Source of the DNA: Antedon mediterranea
Lineage: Eukaryota; Animalia; Echinodermata
Assembly (NCBI RefSeq): GCF_964355755.1
Contig: NC_092678.1
Location: 21,593,365 to 21,657,364, forward strand
Reading direction: 5' to 3'
DNA length: 64,000 nucleotides
Below are positions 42,353 through 55,299 of the stretch, piece by piece. Both the position numbers and the translations under genes were made by a program. Within the stretch, counting starts at the first letter, position 1. Each line of letters begins with the position of its first letter. The notes below the pieces were generated by a model. It ran no database searches, was not told where the DNA came from, and saw only the letters and a list, made by a program, of their open reading frames with translations.

Positions 42353-45300
42353 ATGTTTAACAACAAAGTTAGTCGAAAGGAATTGTTTACATCAAATCCT
42401 GGGTAAGTGATATGAACATTTTTTTGTACACCACCAACATTCATCTCATAATATGACATGATTGATTGACCAATTAAAATCAAATCAACTTGCCAAGTAA
42501 AAATTAATGATATTTATCTGTTTAGCTATTATTAATCTAGCTAATACTAAATATAAAGTAATTAACAATATTTTGCAAGTTTTGCAGTTATTCCACATAA
42601 AACCATTGGCAGCATGTTGCTAGTGTAACACTCTGACCATCAGGTCAACAACCCCTTTTCACTATTTCTCCCTACTCCATCTATTAACATTCCTAGTGGT
42701 TTCTTCCTATCCCTAGGTACTCTTTGTTCACTCTCCTATAAACCACATCCTTAATCAATTACTGTTTCCTCATCATCATGGAATGTTCTCGTTACTAAAT
42801 AATCCCCTCCCAGTACATGCATATTAGGACCTTTCCTTAAATATAGATGTACTGCTAAGAGGAGAAAAAAAGAAAAAGCAGGTTCACTAAAAATACTACC
42901 GTTACACTAGAATCAACTATAGTATAATATTGTTTTATTTTCAGACAAATTCTACAACAAGTCTACCGCAAAGATTTCAATGATTCAGCTTTTCAGTCAA
43001 GTGAACAAAGTGAAAATAGTTCACAAATAGACAACTCTCAAGGATCATATGATGTGTACTCACAAAAGTTTTCACAGTCTTGCTCCCAGCCATCAGAAGT
43101 ATGTACATTTATTATCCAAACTAGACAGAATAATAACTTGTTCTATGGTACAATAGCTGTATTCAATATAATATAATGTCAAACCCCTGCTATGGGACAC
43201 CCTAATCAGGGCACCTCATGAAATAAGCAAGGAGTAAACATTTAGAAGACACTTCTACTCAGGGAACATCGCCATTTAGAGGAAACGTTGTTTGATCCCT
43301 TGCATTTTTTTTGCCTAAAGCTCTGTCTACACTATCAAACTAGTTAGACAAAAAAAGTGTGATATGCCCAAATATGGTAGTGATATGCTCAAATATTATA
43401 GTGATATAACATTATCATGTATTGTCCATCACATTTTTTGTCATATAAAGTTTGATAGTGTAGACAGGACTTCAGTATGAATGGTGAATAATGCCAGTGA
43501 AGTATTGCCGCAATCGTAACATTTCTTGCCAAACTATAATAACTGTTTACGATTTTTAATCTTTTAATTTTGTATATTTATGTAGCGACCCCTTATACTA
43601 ATTTTGTGTATTAAGAAACTTTTTTATAAGCTTGTACAAATGTTTTACTTGGTGCAATATTTTTTGTATTTCAATGTTTTTAAGGGGCAACAGACTCTTT
43701 GAGTTATAGTAATTGTTTTGCTTTCGTTGCCCCTGACCATTTTGCTTTTTTTCTGTTCTGTATCTGTTTATTGGTCAAATAAATGAATGAAACATATAAA
43801 ATATATAAGAATCGTAAGTTTTTATAATAATAATAGTGTATCTAATCTCCTTTGCAGAATTCTTCTAGTCAGAGATATTACAAAAAATACATGTCTAAGG
43901 GTCCTTTATTTCAAAGAGATGCACCTTACAATAATGAAAGGCCTAAGTCATCGAAACGAGCAACAGATTATCTTGAACACTTAGAGGTTAACAAACAAAA
44001 AGCAAAAGAAAAAGACAACAGGTAAGTCCTGAAGGTATATATATATACCTAAATACAAAATGTTGTTTTAGGTATACTTATAATAGCAAATGATAATAAT
44101 ATAGCAGTTGAAGACAAGCCTTGTCTCACTGAGAAGAGAGTATATAATTTGGTTATTCAGACTTATTATTTTGTTTTTTAGAGACCTACTAAATACGTTT
44201 GTATCACTTGTTAAGGATTGTTCAGATGATGTCAAGTCAGCCGTACAGATTATTAAAGACAGCGTCAATAGAAACTTGTCGGACAGTGCTGACCAATCAG
44301 CCATGCTTATTGATAAAAGTAGGTATTTAAATTTTCTATTGGGAACTATATATAATATGTACATATAACCCCCAGTGTTGTTGGACAGGCAGCGCTTGCA
44401 GAAATGTCTAGATAAGTATATGAGTTTATAAGTTTCTTTTTTTTAGTAATTAAAATTCATCAACACAAATAAAAAATATTTTTAATCACCCCTTTTTTTT
44501 GCAGTCAATGAAGGTCTGACTTTGCATTATCAACGGCTACTTGAGGCTATTCAGACTGACCATAAGCAGCGACTGACCACATCTGAGCTGAGAGAGATTA
44601 TTGCAACTGTAAGTTTAGTTATTACTTATTCTCAATGTATATAATAATAAATTAAAAATTCTTTTATTGCAATCAATTATTTGTGGTTGGATATAACAAT
44701 ATTTAAACATCAATATCAATTATAATTTATTTGTAATGTAATATTATATATATTATTATTATAAACAGGTATTTAATTTTATGTTTGACTTCTTTGTATT
44801 TTAAACACAGCGTGATGCTAAGATTGAGCTTTTGGAGTTCCAGTTGGAGACCGCTCAGAAGGCAAGAGATGAGAAGGTCATGCTATTCCTAAAAGAAGCT
44901 TATAATGAACAGAAACAGACAACAAAGAACCAGCTGGATCAACTTCAAAAGAACCAACAACTGTCCAATGAAGAGCATTTAAAAACCCTACAACAGCAAC
45001 AAGAACAGTTCAACAAAGAAAAGAATGTTGATGTGGATAAACAGTGTAAACATTGTGACGGCAAAGATGTGCCTTCAGATCCGACGGTGCCATCTTCAAT
45101 CCCTCAAGTGCCATCAGAAAGAGGTCAACCAGTTGCAAGAGGAGTTTATCCATATTCTTTACAACAAGGAATTCAACAACCTCAACCACTCTGTACAGCA
45201 TTACCACCTGCGCTCTACCATACAAACCCAGTCGCCCAATCATGTTGGCCTACGCAGCCTCCATTAGCTCCAAATATGCACGGTAGCATGAACCATCCTC

Positions 45301-48300
45301 TGACTAACCAGCAACTGTATAGTAGTTTGTATCAGCGTGAGCATACCAGTTCAGTACCACTATCATCATCTACTCCTTCAATCTCTCCTATTGTGTCGGC
45401 ATCATTTGCCAGATGGTCAAAGGAATCGATTATAAAGAAACCCTCACCAATTGCGACCATTGTTCCGCTCATTAAATCTAGTAGTCAGGATGGTCATAGA
45501 CAAGAGGGTAGTAGAGAAGATGTCCATAGACAAGATAGTGGTAGAGAAGATGTCCGTAGACAAGATAGTGGTAGAGAAGATGTCCGTAGACAAGATAGTG
45601 GTAGAGAAGATGTCCGTAGACAAGACAGTGGTAGAGAAGATGTCTGTAGACAAGATAGTTGTAGAAAAGATGTCTGTAGACAAGATAGTGATAGAGAAGA
45701 TGTCCGTAGACAAGACAGTGGTAGAGAAGATGTCTGTAGACAAGATAGTTGTAGAAAAGATGTCTGTAGACAAGATAGTTGTAGAAAAGATGTCCGTAGA
45801 CAAGATAGTGGTAGAGAAGATGTCTGTAGACAAGATAGTGGTAGAAAAGATGTCCATAGACAAGATAGTGGTTGGGAAGATGTCCGTAGACAAGACAGTG
45901 GTAGAAAAGATGTCCGTAGACAAGGCACTAGTAGATATGATACCGATACAAATGCTGATTTGACTAAAAACCAACAAAGAAGATTGGATCTTCCTGTGAG
46001 ACAATCTCAGAGGCTTCGACCTGTTAAAGAGAGTCATAATGCAAGATCCTCTAATATGGGTTACTACGCAAAAGATAAACATTCCCAAAAAGTGGAGATA
46101 TTACAGTTTAGAAGAAAAAAAAGAAAATCACCAGTAGCGGAGAAGTCGCATCCAGAAAATGTGGACATGGTCGTTTCACAACAACGTGCAAGAAATCAAA
46201 ATAAAAAGAACACTTCTGCAGATAGATCTAATGTGAGGAAAAACTTCAAAAGCAATAAGGCAAAACCGAAGAGAAAATCCTTCAGAGGCCTGTCAAAAAG
46301 TTTATCTTATTCTGACCTAAGCACTGCCACTCATGCAGCTAATACAACTGGTACATTGAAGAGACATCACAGCCTTACTACTAACCCTGATACCACCAGC
46401 TCAGAAGATGAAGATGGAATTTTTCTAAGCTTTTTAGATGAAAACTCACCGGAGATATGTACATCAACACAAGGTCAGTAAACATTTTAGTTTATTCAAA
46501 AGGTTAGCAGAATGCTATTTATGTCATTAGAGAACTAACATTTAAAGATGTATTGTCCCTTTGACTAATTCCTAAAAAAATAAAAGATTTCGAAAAAAGG
46601 TGGGTCAATTTGAATTATCATAATAGTTATTAACTATCACCAACAATTTTTCAAAAAAAAAATCATTTAACTGAAATACAGATGTTTTTTTTGTTGTTTT
46701 TTTTTACTTCCAGTCAAAGTTTTCAATCAAAACATATCCCATAATGAAACGCGCTTGTTTGGCTACTCTGTATGCATAATCATAAAACTTCCTCATGATA
46801 TGTGTGAAAATACCTTCTTAACCGTGACGAGTTGTAAACAATCCTAATTTAGCATATGCATAATGCATACTCATGGTTTGAAATCTTTGTTTACTTAATT
46901 CGCTCGCGACGATTTTCCAGATGAAATGTAATCAAACTAATTTACCTGTTAATTACCTAAACTTGTTGTTTTTGGCTCGAATTTTCGACTTAAAGTGAAT
47001 AACTTTAATATTACTTTGATATGGCCACTTTAAATTTAGAATATTTTGACCGCAACTACACCAAATCCACAAATTTGGCCTAGTCACAGGGAGTTGTCAC
47101 AATTTTCTTCCTGCTGCACAGTGCACTTTTAAAAGCTTTGTACCAAATGCTAAAGTTCACAGCATTGTCTATTACCATATTAATAATGTTAAATGCATGA
47201 CTTTCAATTTATGAATCAACTTGAAATTAAGTGATTGTAATTAAAGTTACAAGTTACTTTAAAATGTCATGCACGCTTTAATTAAAATATGGCAGCTCAA
47301 TTTTCTTTATTAATAAGATATGATGGTTAAGTGAAGTTAATGAATAACCTCTATACACCTAAAACATTATATATTTCCAACAATTGTTAACTTCGACCTA
47401 GTCATTTGTTGAGTACTTGCACTCTTTGTATATTAGCAGTGTGTGTTTAATTTACTACAAATCACTTTAATCATTGCCATTGTCTTGTTTGGCAACATAG
47501 GCATCTTCCTTGATTAATGCACGTTATTAAAAGATGGCTCTAAGCTGTAATTAACACACTTTAGTTTTAGGCTCCAACAAACAAATTGTTGTAAAAGGAA
47601 GCCTTTTAAAAGAAATATTTCGTTACAGAGGCCTAATTTTGTTGAAATTTAATAATGATTTTCTATAATGTATAATATTCAAATAGTACAGTACTATAAC
47701 CCTTCCTTTGGTACACCCCTATAAACAAACGAGTGGCAATATATGTCTTAATACTATGGCTAACCCATGTCAAGGAACACCACCATTAAGGTCAATTTAC
47801 AAACACGAGCAGTAACGGTCAAGCGTAAAATCGCGTAGCTTGTCCCACAAGAAACCCTTCCTCCGCTCTGTGTAAAGGAGTAACATAGATTCTATATTTT
47901 TATTACTGTTACCACTCGTTGGTGTGAATTGACCTTTAGGGGGACACTTTTTTAGGTCCCAAGGGTGTCCCTTTTTTATGGGTTCTATCATATTATGAAT
48001 AAAATAAAGTTTTTTTTTGTTTTTAATATAGATTTATTTTTAATAACAATGTTTATTTTTCAAATAGGTGAAAAACTGATGTCGGGCAATATTATCTTAA
48101 AGTACCCTGATACTGATGACTCACAGCTAGAGAGCTCTCAAGGAAGTATTGACGTTTCAAAACTGCAACTTGAACGTACGTGTAAACAAACAAAATTCAA
48201 TAAATAGATAAATTCTATGATTAAATATTTTTCTGAAAATCTCATGATTTCCAGAAAATTATAATATATAAAAATATAATACAAAAAGCAGCAAACTAAA

Positions 48301-50085
48301 TATAATACATATTATGGGCAGCATACACAAGGAAAATAAAAAGTCTGTACAGCCTCGTGGGATTACATAGAACTATCAGCCTTTTACTGGTACTAATAAT
48401 ATGGATTGTTACTGACCTATCACCTAATCTTCAGACATTATAGATTTTAAAGAAATCGTGTTTCTTGTTATGTTACCCATCAGGTAATTCTTCCTACAAA
48501 TTAATTTAAAAATTATTTGCTGTACTTCGTCAATTTGGTTATTTATTTATCATATGCCATCTAGAACACTCTGCCAGAGTTAGAGATTAAATGTTTATAT
48601 TATATATTAGTAAACATTAGAAAAACAGATGCATTTTATAAACATGTGTTGTTTATTGCATCAAACCAGGTACATTATGATATTAATATTGATTTCTGTC
48701 CATGATTATTATACCAACATAGTATCAAAGTAGTTTTATGATAAAACTACTTTGAAGTAAACAACAGATCAAAATTTTAACAAAAACAAAATGATAAATT
48801 TTATGTTGAAAATCTAAGCAAGAATTTTCCAATACTTGATTGTGTTTATATTTTCAAACGCCATCAAAAAAGTTGAATCACTCGCCATATTCAAGCAACA
48901 AATCTCATCTTTTTAATTGCTTTTCTTAATAAATAGTTTCTGTTGATGGTTCAGTGCTTAAAGAGCCCTGTGTATTTTGAGCTATATTAAATTGAACACT
49001 ATTATTATCATTATATTTGGAAATTTTTATGTGAGAAAACAAACTTTTCCTTTTTTATTATTGTGTATTTAATTTGTACTATAGTACACTCAATGTGTTA
49101 TTTTATAGGAAACGCAGAAAGCGAGAAATTTGAAAGAATGGAACAAGATTGTTCAGTAGATGAAAATGATGATTATGACGATAATGATGATGATGATGGT
49201 GATAATGATAATGAAGATGATATCTTTAGTGTTGGTGAGAAAAACACCCAAGAAATTTCTCATTCTAGACGAGATATCAAGGTAAATAACAGTGGTGTAA
49301 GGCAGTGGGGAAAGCTTATTGTGTTGCACTTCTAAAGGGCTGGATAACTGTATTGGGGCTTGTCATGGTTTGGGACCCATGGGGTTAGCCAGTAGGCATT
49401 CATAGCCGTTGCGCTGCTGTAAATATAATAAGTAGTTTATTGTTGTGAGTGAGTGACCAAGCGGTTAAGAAAGTGGAACAGTAATTACGTAGCCATAATA
49501 TCGGCAAGGGATCAAACCTATATTGATTGAATGTATAATAGTAGTGCACCGTTTGTATGCTGATATTAATTAATTGTTGTGTTATGTACATAGATATCAA
49601 GGCAGGGTCAGTGTCCTTTTTTTGTGAGTGAGTGAATGACCGAGCGGTTAAGACAGTGGAACCGTAATTACGTAGCCATAATATCGGCAAGGGATCAAAC
49701 CTATATTGATTGAATGTATAATAGTAGTGCACCGTTTGTATGCTGATATTAATTAATTGTTGTGTTATGTACATAGATATCAAGGCAGGGTCAGTGTCCT
49801 TTTTTTGTGAGTGAGTGAATGACCGAGCGGTTAAGACAGTGGAACCGTAATTACGTAGCCATAATATCGGCAACGGATCAAACCTATATTGATTGAATAT
49901 ATAATAGTAGTGTACCGTTTGTATGCTGATATTAATTAATTATTGTATTATTATATACATAGATATCAAGGCGGCATCAATGTCCTAGCAGTCGACGACA
50001 ACTTCTAAACATGTCCGATACGAACATTCTGGAAATCTCTAAATATATTCGTCAACAGAAATCAAGGAGACAAGATGGTAGGTAA
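42353..50085 (+). CDS. IHO1: Interactor of HORMAD1 (IHO1/CCDC36)-like meiotic double-strand-break protein with an expanded C-terminal region
   Basis: Exons 42353-42402, 42945-43098, 43858-44021, 44182-44318, 44505-44608, 44811-46473, 48068-48175, 49109-49281, 49963-50085; the last three are less certain. N-terminus MFNNKVSRKELF, an SQ cluster, then YYKKYMSKGPLF and YLEHLEVNKQKAKEKDNRDLLNTFVSLVKD resemble recalled IHO1 (FTKYQTKPQLF; LLEQFEEKKKRAKDKCDSETLYNFVSNVRE), followed by a coiled coil. Confidence 0.75.
43319..43471. mobile_element. MITE family A copy in an IHO1 intron
   Basis: AGCTCTGTCTACACTATCAAACT...AGTTTGATAGTGTAGACAG inverted repeats. Confidence 0.85.
45490..45930 (+). repeat. Coding 30-bp minisatellite (about 14 copies) encoding RQDSGREDVR-type decapeptides
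   Basis: Unit AGACAAGATAGTGGTAGAGAAGATGTCCGT repeated within exon 44811-46473. Confidence 0.95.
49443..49990. repeat. Three tandem units of about 183 bp containing a SINE head and a splice acceptor
   Basis: TACATAG|ATATCAAGG recurs at 49594, 49777 and 49963. Confidence 0.92.
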
Positions 50086-50097
50086 ATAAAACGATTC

Positions 50098-51058
50098 CAT
50101 TATATCAAAAATGGTTTAGGAATTGCACTATATAACACCAACCTACTAACAAAATCATCACATTATATCACAAATGGTTTAGGAATTGCACTATATAACA
50201 CCAACCTACTAACAAAATCATCACATTATATCACAAATGGTTTAGGAATTGCACTATATAACACCAACCTACTAACAAAATCATCACATTATATCACAAA
50301 TGGTTTAGGAATTGCACTATATAACACCAACCTACTAACAAAATCATCACATTATATCACAAATGGTTTAGGAATTGCACTATATAACACCAACCTACTA
50401 ACAAAATCATCACATTATATCACAAATGGTTTAGGAATTGCACTATATAACACCAACCTACTAACAAAATCATCACATTATATCACAAATGGTTTAGGAA
50501 TTGCACTATATAACACCAACCTACTAACAAAATCATCACATTATATCACAAATGGTTTAGGAATTGCACTATATAACACCAACCTACTAACAAAATCATC
50601 ACATTATATCACAAATGGTTTAGGAATTGCACTATATAACACCAACCTACTAACAAAATCATCACATTATATCACAAATGGTTTAGGAATTGCACTATAT
50701 AACACCAACCTACTAACAAAATCATCACATTATATCACAAATGGTTTAGGAATTGCACTATATAACACCAACCTACTAACAAAATCATCACATTATATCA
50801 CAAATGGTTTAGGAATTGCACTATATAACACCAACCTACTAACAAAATCATCACATTATATCACAAATGGTTTAGGAATTGCACTATATAACACCAACCT
50901 ACTAACAAAATCATCACATTATATCACAAATGGTTTAGGAATTGCACTATATAACACCAACCTACTAACAAAATCATCACATTATATCACAAATGGTTTA
51001 GGAATTGCACTATATAACACCAACCTACTAACAAAATCATCACATTATATCACAAATG
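50098..51058. repeat. Near-perfect 63-bp tandem array (about 15 copies)
   Basis: Unit CATTATATCACAAATGGTTTAGGAATTGCACTATATAACACCAACCTACTAACAAAATCATCA. Confidence 0.97.
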
Positions 51059-53154
51059 ATGTAGAATTACATCCCCAAAAAATATTGCACTAATGTTGAT
51101 ACAAAACCTACTAACAAAATCATTACATGTTACAAATAAAGTTTTTTTTCCTTACAATTTATGATTTTCTAAAAATATAAATTAAAATATATTGGAAACC
51201 CCTATTAAGGGGACACCTTTTGGAACCAAACAAAGTCCCTCCTGGATAGGTTTGACTGTAATGTTAAATCATAATATAATAATAGTATTGGCCTATGTAT
51301 CCCCTTAATAGGGAATGATAGTCCCCTTAATATAAGGATGATACTGTAATACTATTTTTACCGCCATTATTACATCTCTCCACTGCTTCCCTTCTTGTTC
51401 ATCATTTACCTTTTCTTTTAAATCTTAAAATTGAAAATCAACTAGTCATGAAGGCCTAATATATGCTGTAAATGATTTTTTACGATACAATTATTTATTT
51501 TCGCGTACAAATTTATTACTTTTTAGCACAGTTTTAAAAGCATTTGAAGGAAGAAACAAAATATTGTGCAATGTTTAAAATAAAAAATATATAGAAAATA
51601 TTATTTTCAATTATAAAAAATATGTGCAATTTAAAAATAGCTATATAAAGGAAATACAGACATATAACTATAACATTAGTTGTTAATGCTAAGTTACATA
51701 ATGTTTTTTTGAAAATGAAATTGTTAGTTTTGTTGATAAGGATGCAGATTTAATAATATAAAATATATACAACAGTGTAATATCAACAACGTCGTCATCT
51801 TCAATGTCGTCGTCCTTAAATAAATGCGTCTTCGAATTCAACGTTGTCTACGTCGACAACCTCGTCTATGTGACCGTTTTTATAAATTAACATTATATTT
51901 CGTCGTCTTCGTTATCAATAGATAGATAGATCAATCAATAGATTTAATAATATACAAATATTTATAATAAATAAAATATATATGATTGTTTTTAGTTCCA
52001 TTGTTCCATAATTGTTTAAAGAAAAAAAACATATTTTTGTTAGTATGATTTACTACCTAGGAGATATGTTGAATGTTATAAATTAAAATAATAATTAAAA
52101 TGATTTTCTTAAGCAAGTCAACGTATCAGCATAATTTGTTTAGTAAATAATAAATAATTAAATTTATAATAATATTTTGATATAGAAATATTAGATTCAT
52201 TTTTAAATCGATTTTTATGCAGGAAACAGGAAAAAATAAATAATAAATGTTGTCGTTGGTATAAACATGTATTTTAAATTTTAATTTTTATTTCTTGGAT
52301 TTATGTATACAAAGAAAAATACTGTTATCAGATGACTGTGCTTGGTTGAATAAATAAATAAATGTTTTTTGTGAAGTGAACTTCGTCGTGGACGCATGCA
52401 ATAGAGTCGTCGTCGTTGTCGTCGACAGCAGCTCTTCTTTGATGACGTCAATATCTTTCATCGTCAGTATCGTCGTGGTTAATATCGTCATATTTGTTTT
52501 ACAACAGTGTAATATCAACAACGTCGTCGTCCTTAAATAAATGCGTCTTCGACTGTCTACGTCGGAAACCTCGTCTATGTGACCGTTTTTTTAAATTAAC
52601 ATTATATTTCGTCGTCTTCGTTATCAATAGCGGCGTTGTTTTCGGTAAAAGTAATTGTCTTCAACGAAAACATGTCTTCGTCCTTAACTGCACCTCGACT
52701 TCAACGTTTTCTACGTCGACAACTTCGTCGTCTATGTTACCGTTTTTGTAAGGTAACATTATATTTCGTCGTCTTCGTTAGCAGTAGTGTCGTTGTCTTT
52801 GGTAAGGGTCGTTGCATCTTCAACGAAAACGTATCGTCGTTTTTAACTGCGTCTACGATTTCAACATCGACAACTTCGTCGTCGAGATAGCTGTTTTGTA
52901 GTATTAATATTTTTTAATAATCGTTCAGTTTCATATCTCTAAGCTCTCTTCTGTAGCTATAGTATTATAAAATAAATCAATATTTAGGCCGGTTATATAT
53001 TACCTGTACACAGCTGTACACGGGATTCATACAGACAAAAACATTTTTATCTAATCTGTATTGTAACATTTTTCGTCAGTAACAGCGTTTAAATCGTATC
53101 ATCGAAGGGCGTATGTCGCAACGCAAGTTGCGCTTACGTCATTTTCGCGTCTTA

Positions 53155-53337
53155 AGCGTGGTTCCCACTAGAACGCAACGTAGCGACCTATTGACGCAAA
53201 GTGATGTATTATTGCGTAATCACAAGTGGGATCGCAGGTTTTATTTCACGCTGGCGGGGGCAAACACAATTATTGGAAGGGCATTTTCTTACGTTGCGAA
53301 GGTTGCATTATGTTACGTCGCTATTGCGAACCAAGCT
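53155..53337. mobile_element. MITE family B variant
   Basis: Same termini flanked by TTA on both sides, with a different interior. Degenerate copies also at about 33081-33235, 36455-37045 and 60560-60825. Confidence 0.75.
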
Positions 53338-54975
53338 TTAGTGATCGGATTTGTCACCATCAAAAGCTCTCATCCTGACGTCATCATCGCTCCAATCATT
53401 ATTATTATTATTATTATTTTTATTTATAAAACCTCGCATAAGATATCGTAGAAAATCTCCAGAAAAAATAAAAACACCAGATTGTTTTAGTTGTGCATAA
53501 AATATGTAATTGAAAATTCAGTTACAGTAATTGTACTTTCCTACGATTATAATAGCTGAGCACCAAGAAATGAAATATATTACACGATGATCTTATAAAA
53601 TATTGATAATTCTTAATGGTAACAATTATATAAACACTTGTTATTAATAATAATAATCGCTGTCCAATATGAGGATGCCTAATTCCCGGTGGTAAAACTA
53701 TTAGTAAAGTAAAGTGAACTCATCCCTGGTAAACTTATAACAACTTGTTCACTAAAGTATGTACTACTTACAGAAATGATTGTTCTGGTTACTAAATCAA
53801 CTTAGGCCTACAGTGATAAATAACTTACATACATAAATAAATTATCTTACTTCTAGTACAATTATAACACGTACAGTTAAAACAGATATGTACTTCTAAA
53901 AAAAATATGACTACACGTACGTCCAGTTAAACGTTTTAGTTACCAAATATTACCATATCAAACTCCTTTCTTCGTTTACTCTTTAGAAAACAATACTATA
54001 AAAGCATTCCATACGAAAAAAAAAGGGATTTGTTTGTTAAATTTTTACGAGATTGTCCTAAATTAATTAACATATTACCAGGATTTTTATTTAACCTGGT
54101 GCCTATAGTAAACGCAATTAAACAATTGTGATCCAAAAGGCAATATATCTATATCTAACTATTCATTTAAAATTATCCATTGTGTTGGGTGTGGCGTTAA
54201 CACCATATTTTCATTTAGAAATGTTAGTCATATCGTCTAGCATACATTAACTAGTGCTTCTTGTATATAGACAATACCTCTACAAATGTGAGGCAGTGAA
54301 ACGCATCAATATACACAGAATTGCACGTATAAAAACTGTACCATAATTATGAGCTTTTTACGCGCCGAGGAGTGAAGTGCATTTTTTGTTACAATTATGA
54401 AAACATTTTCTTTTGTCATATTTCACTACTTTTAATTTGGTTTCAATCATAAAAATATATCATAATAATTATCAGAACTCGCTCTATTATAAACAAAGCA
54501 TTTTAAAAACATTTTTTTTCTTTTGAGTAAACGTTCTATTGTTCTCATAATTAGTATTAAAAACATCCAAAAATCGTCTAAATCTACAAAACAATCTATA
54601 TTTCACATTCAAAATTACTTGTTGTATTTTATACAATATATTGCACTTTTCACTCCCAGTGGCCTGTTCCTCTGCGTGTGATCGCAGACAAAAATGTCAA
54701 GGAAAAACGAACTTTTCACAACAAATAGGGTACAGTTAACATTAAGTGAAAAAGAGGACATTCATATTTTGTTTACAATTTTAATAAAAATCTATTTTAA
54801 TATTTACATAGTGTGTAAATTATTCATCGTTTCGTCACGCTTCGCCGAATACAGCAGCAGAATGTGTTGAATCGAGAAAAGTGACGACACGCGGCAAATC
54901 CGTGAACCGTGTACAGAGTGCTGCGTTAAGTTCTGTAATGAAAAATTAAAATGAATGCAATAATCGTAATATACA

Positions 54976-55242
54976 CTTCATCATCGTCATAATCATTGTC
55001 GTCATCATCTTCGTCAATCATCGTCACCATCATCATCGTCATCATTTTCGTCAATCATCGCCGTCACCATCATCGTCATCATCGTTATGATCATCATTGT
55101 CGATCGTCATCATCATCATCATTGTCATCATCATCATCGTTATCATCATCATCGTTATCATCATCGTCGTCGTCATCATCGTTGTCGTCATCATCATCGT
55201 TGTCATCAACCATCACCATCATCATGATCATCATCACATCAA
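54976..55242. repeat. Imperfect (CAT/CGT)n trinucleotide microsatellite
   Basis: Directly visible; lies just 3' of the repeat-precursor stop codon. Confidence 0.9.
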
Positions 55243-55299
55243 TATTATTACAGCTTATTATTACATTATTCTCAATTTGTTAGTCCCCACCTGTTATAT

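Noticed and set aside
45444-46088. Alternative-frame and antisense ORFs over the 30-bp repeat
   Set aside because: Only the RQDSGREDVR frame is continuous with the spliced IHO1-like exon.
49400-49873. 157-aa minus-strand ORF
   Set aside because: Antisense read-through of the 183-bp tandem repeat; no recognisable domain.
50098-51058. CRISPR-like appearance of regular repeats
   Set aside because: Units are head-to-tail identical with no unique spacers, there are no cas genes, and the context is eukaryotic.
54820-54932. Possible extra minus-strand exon after a good acceptor
   Set aside because: No matching in-frame donor from the precursor exon and no recognisable product.
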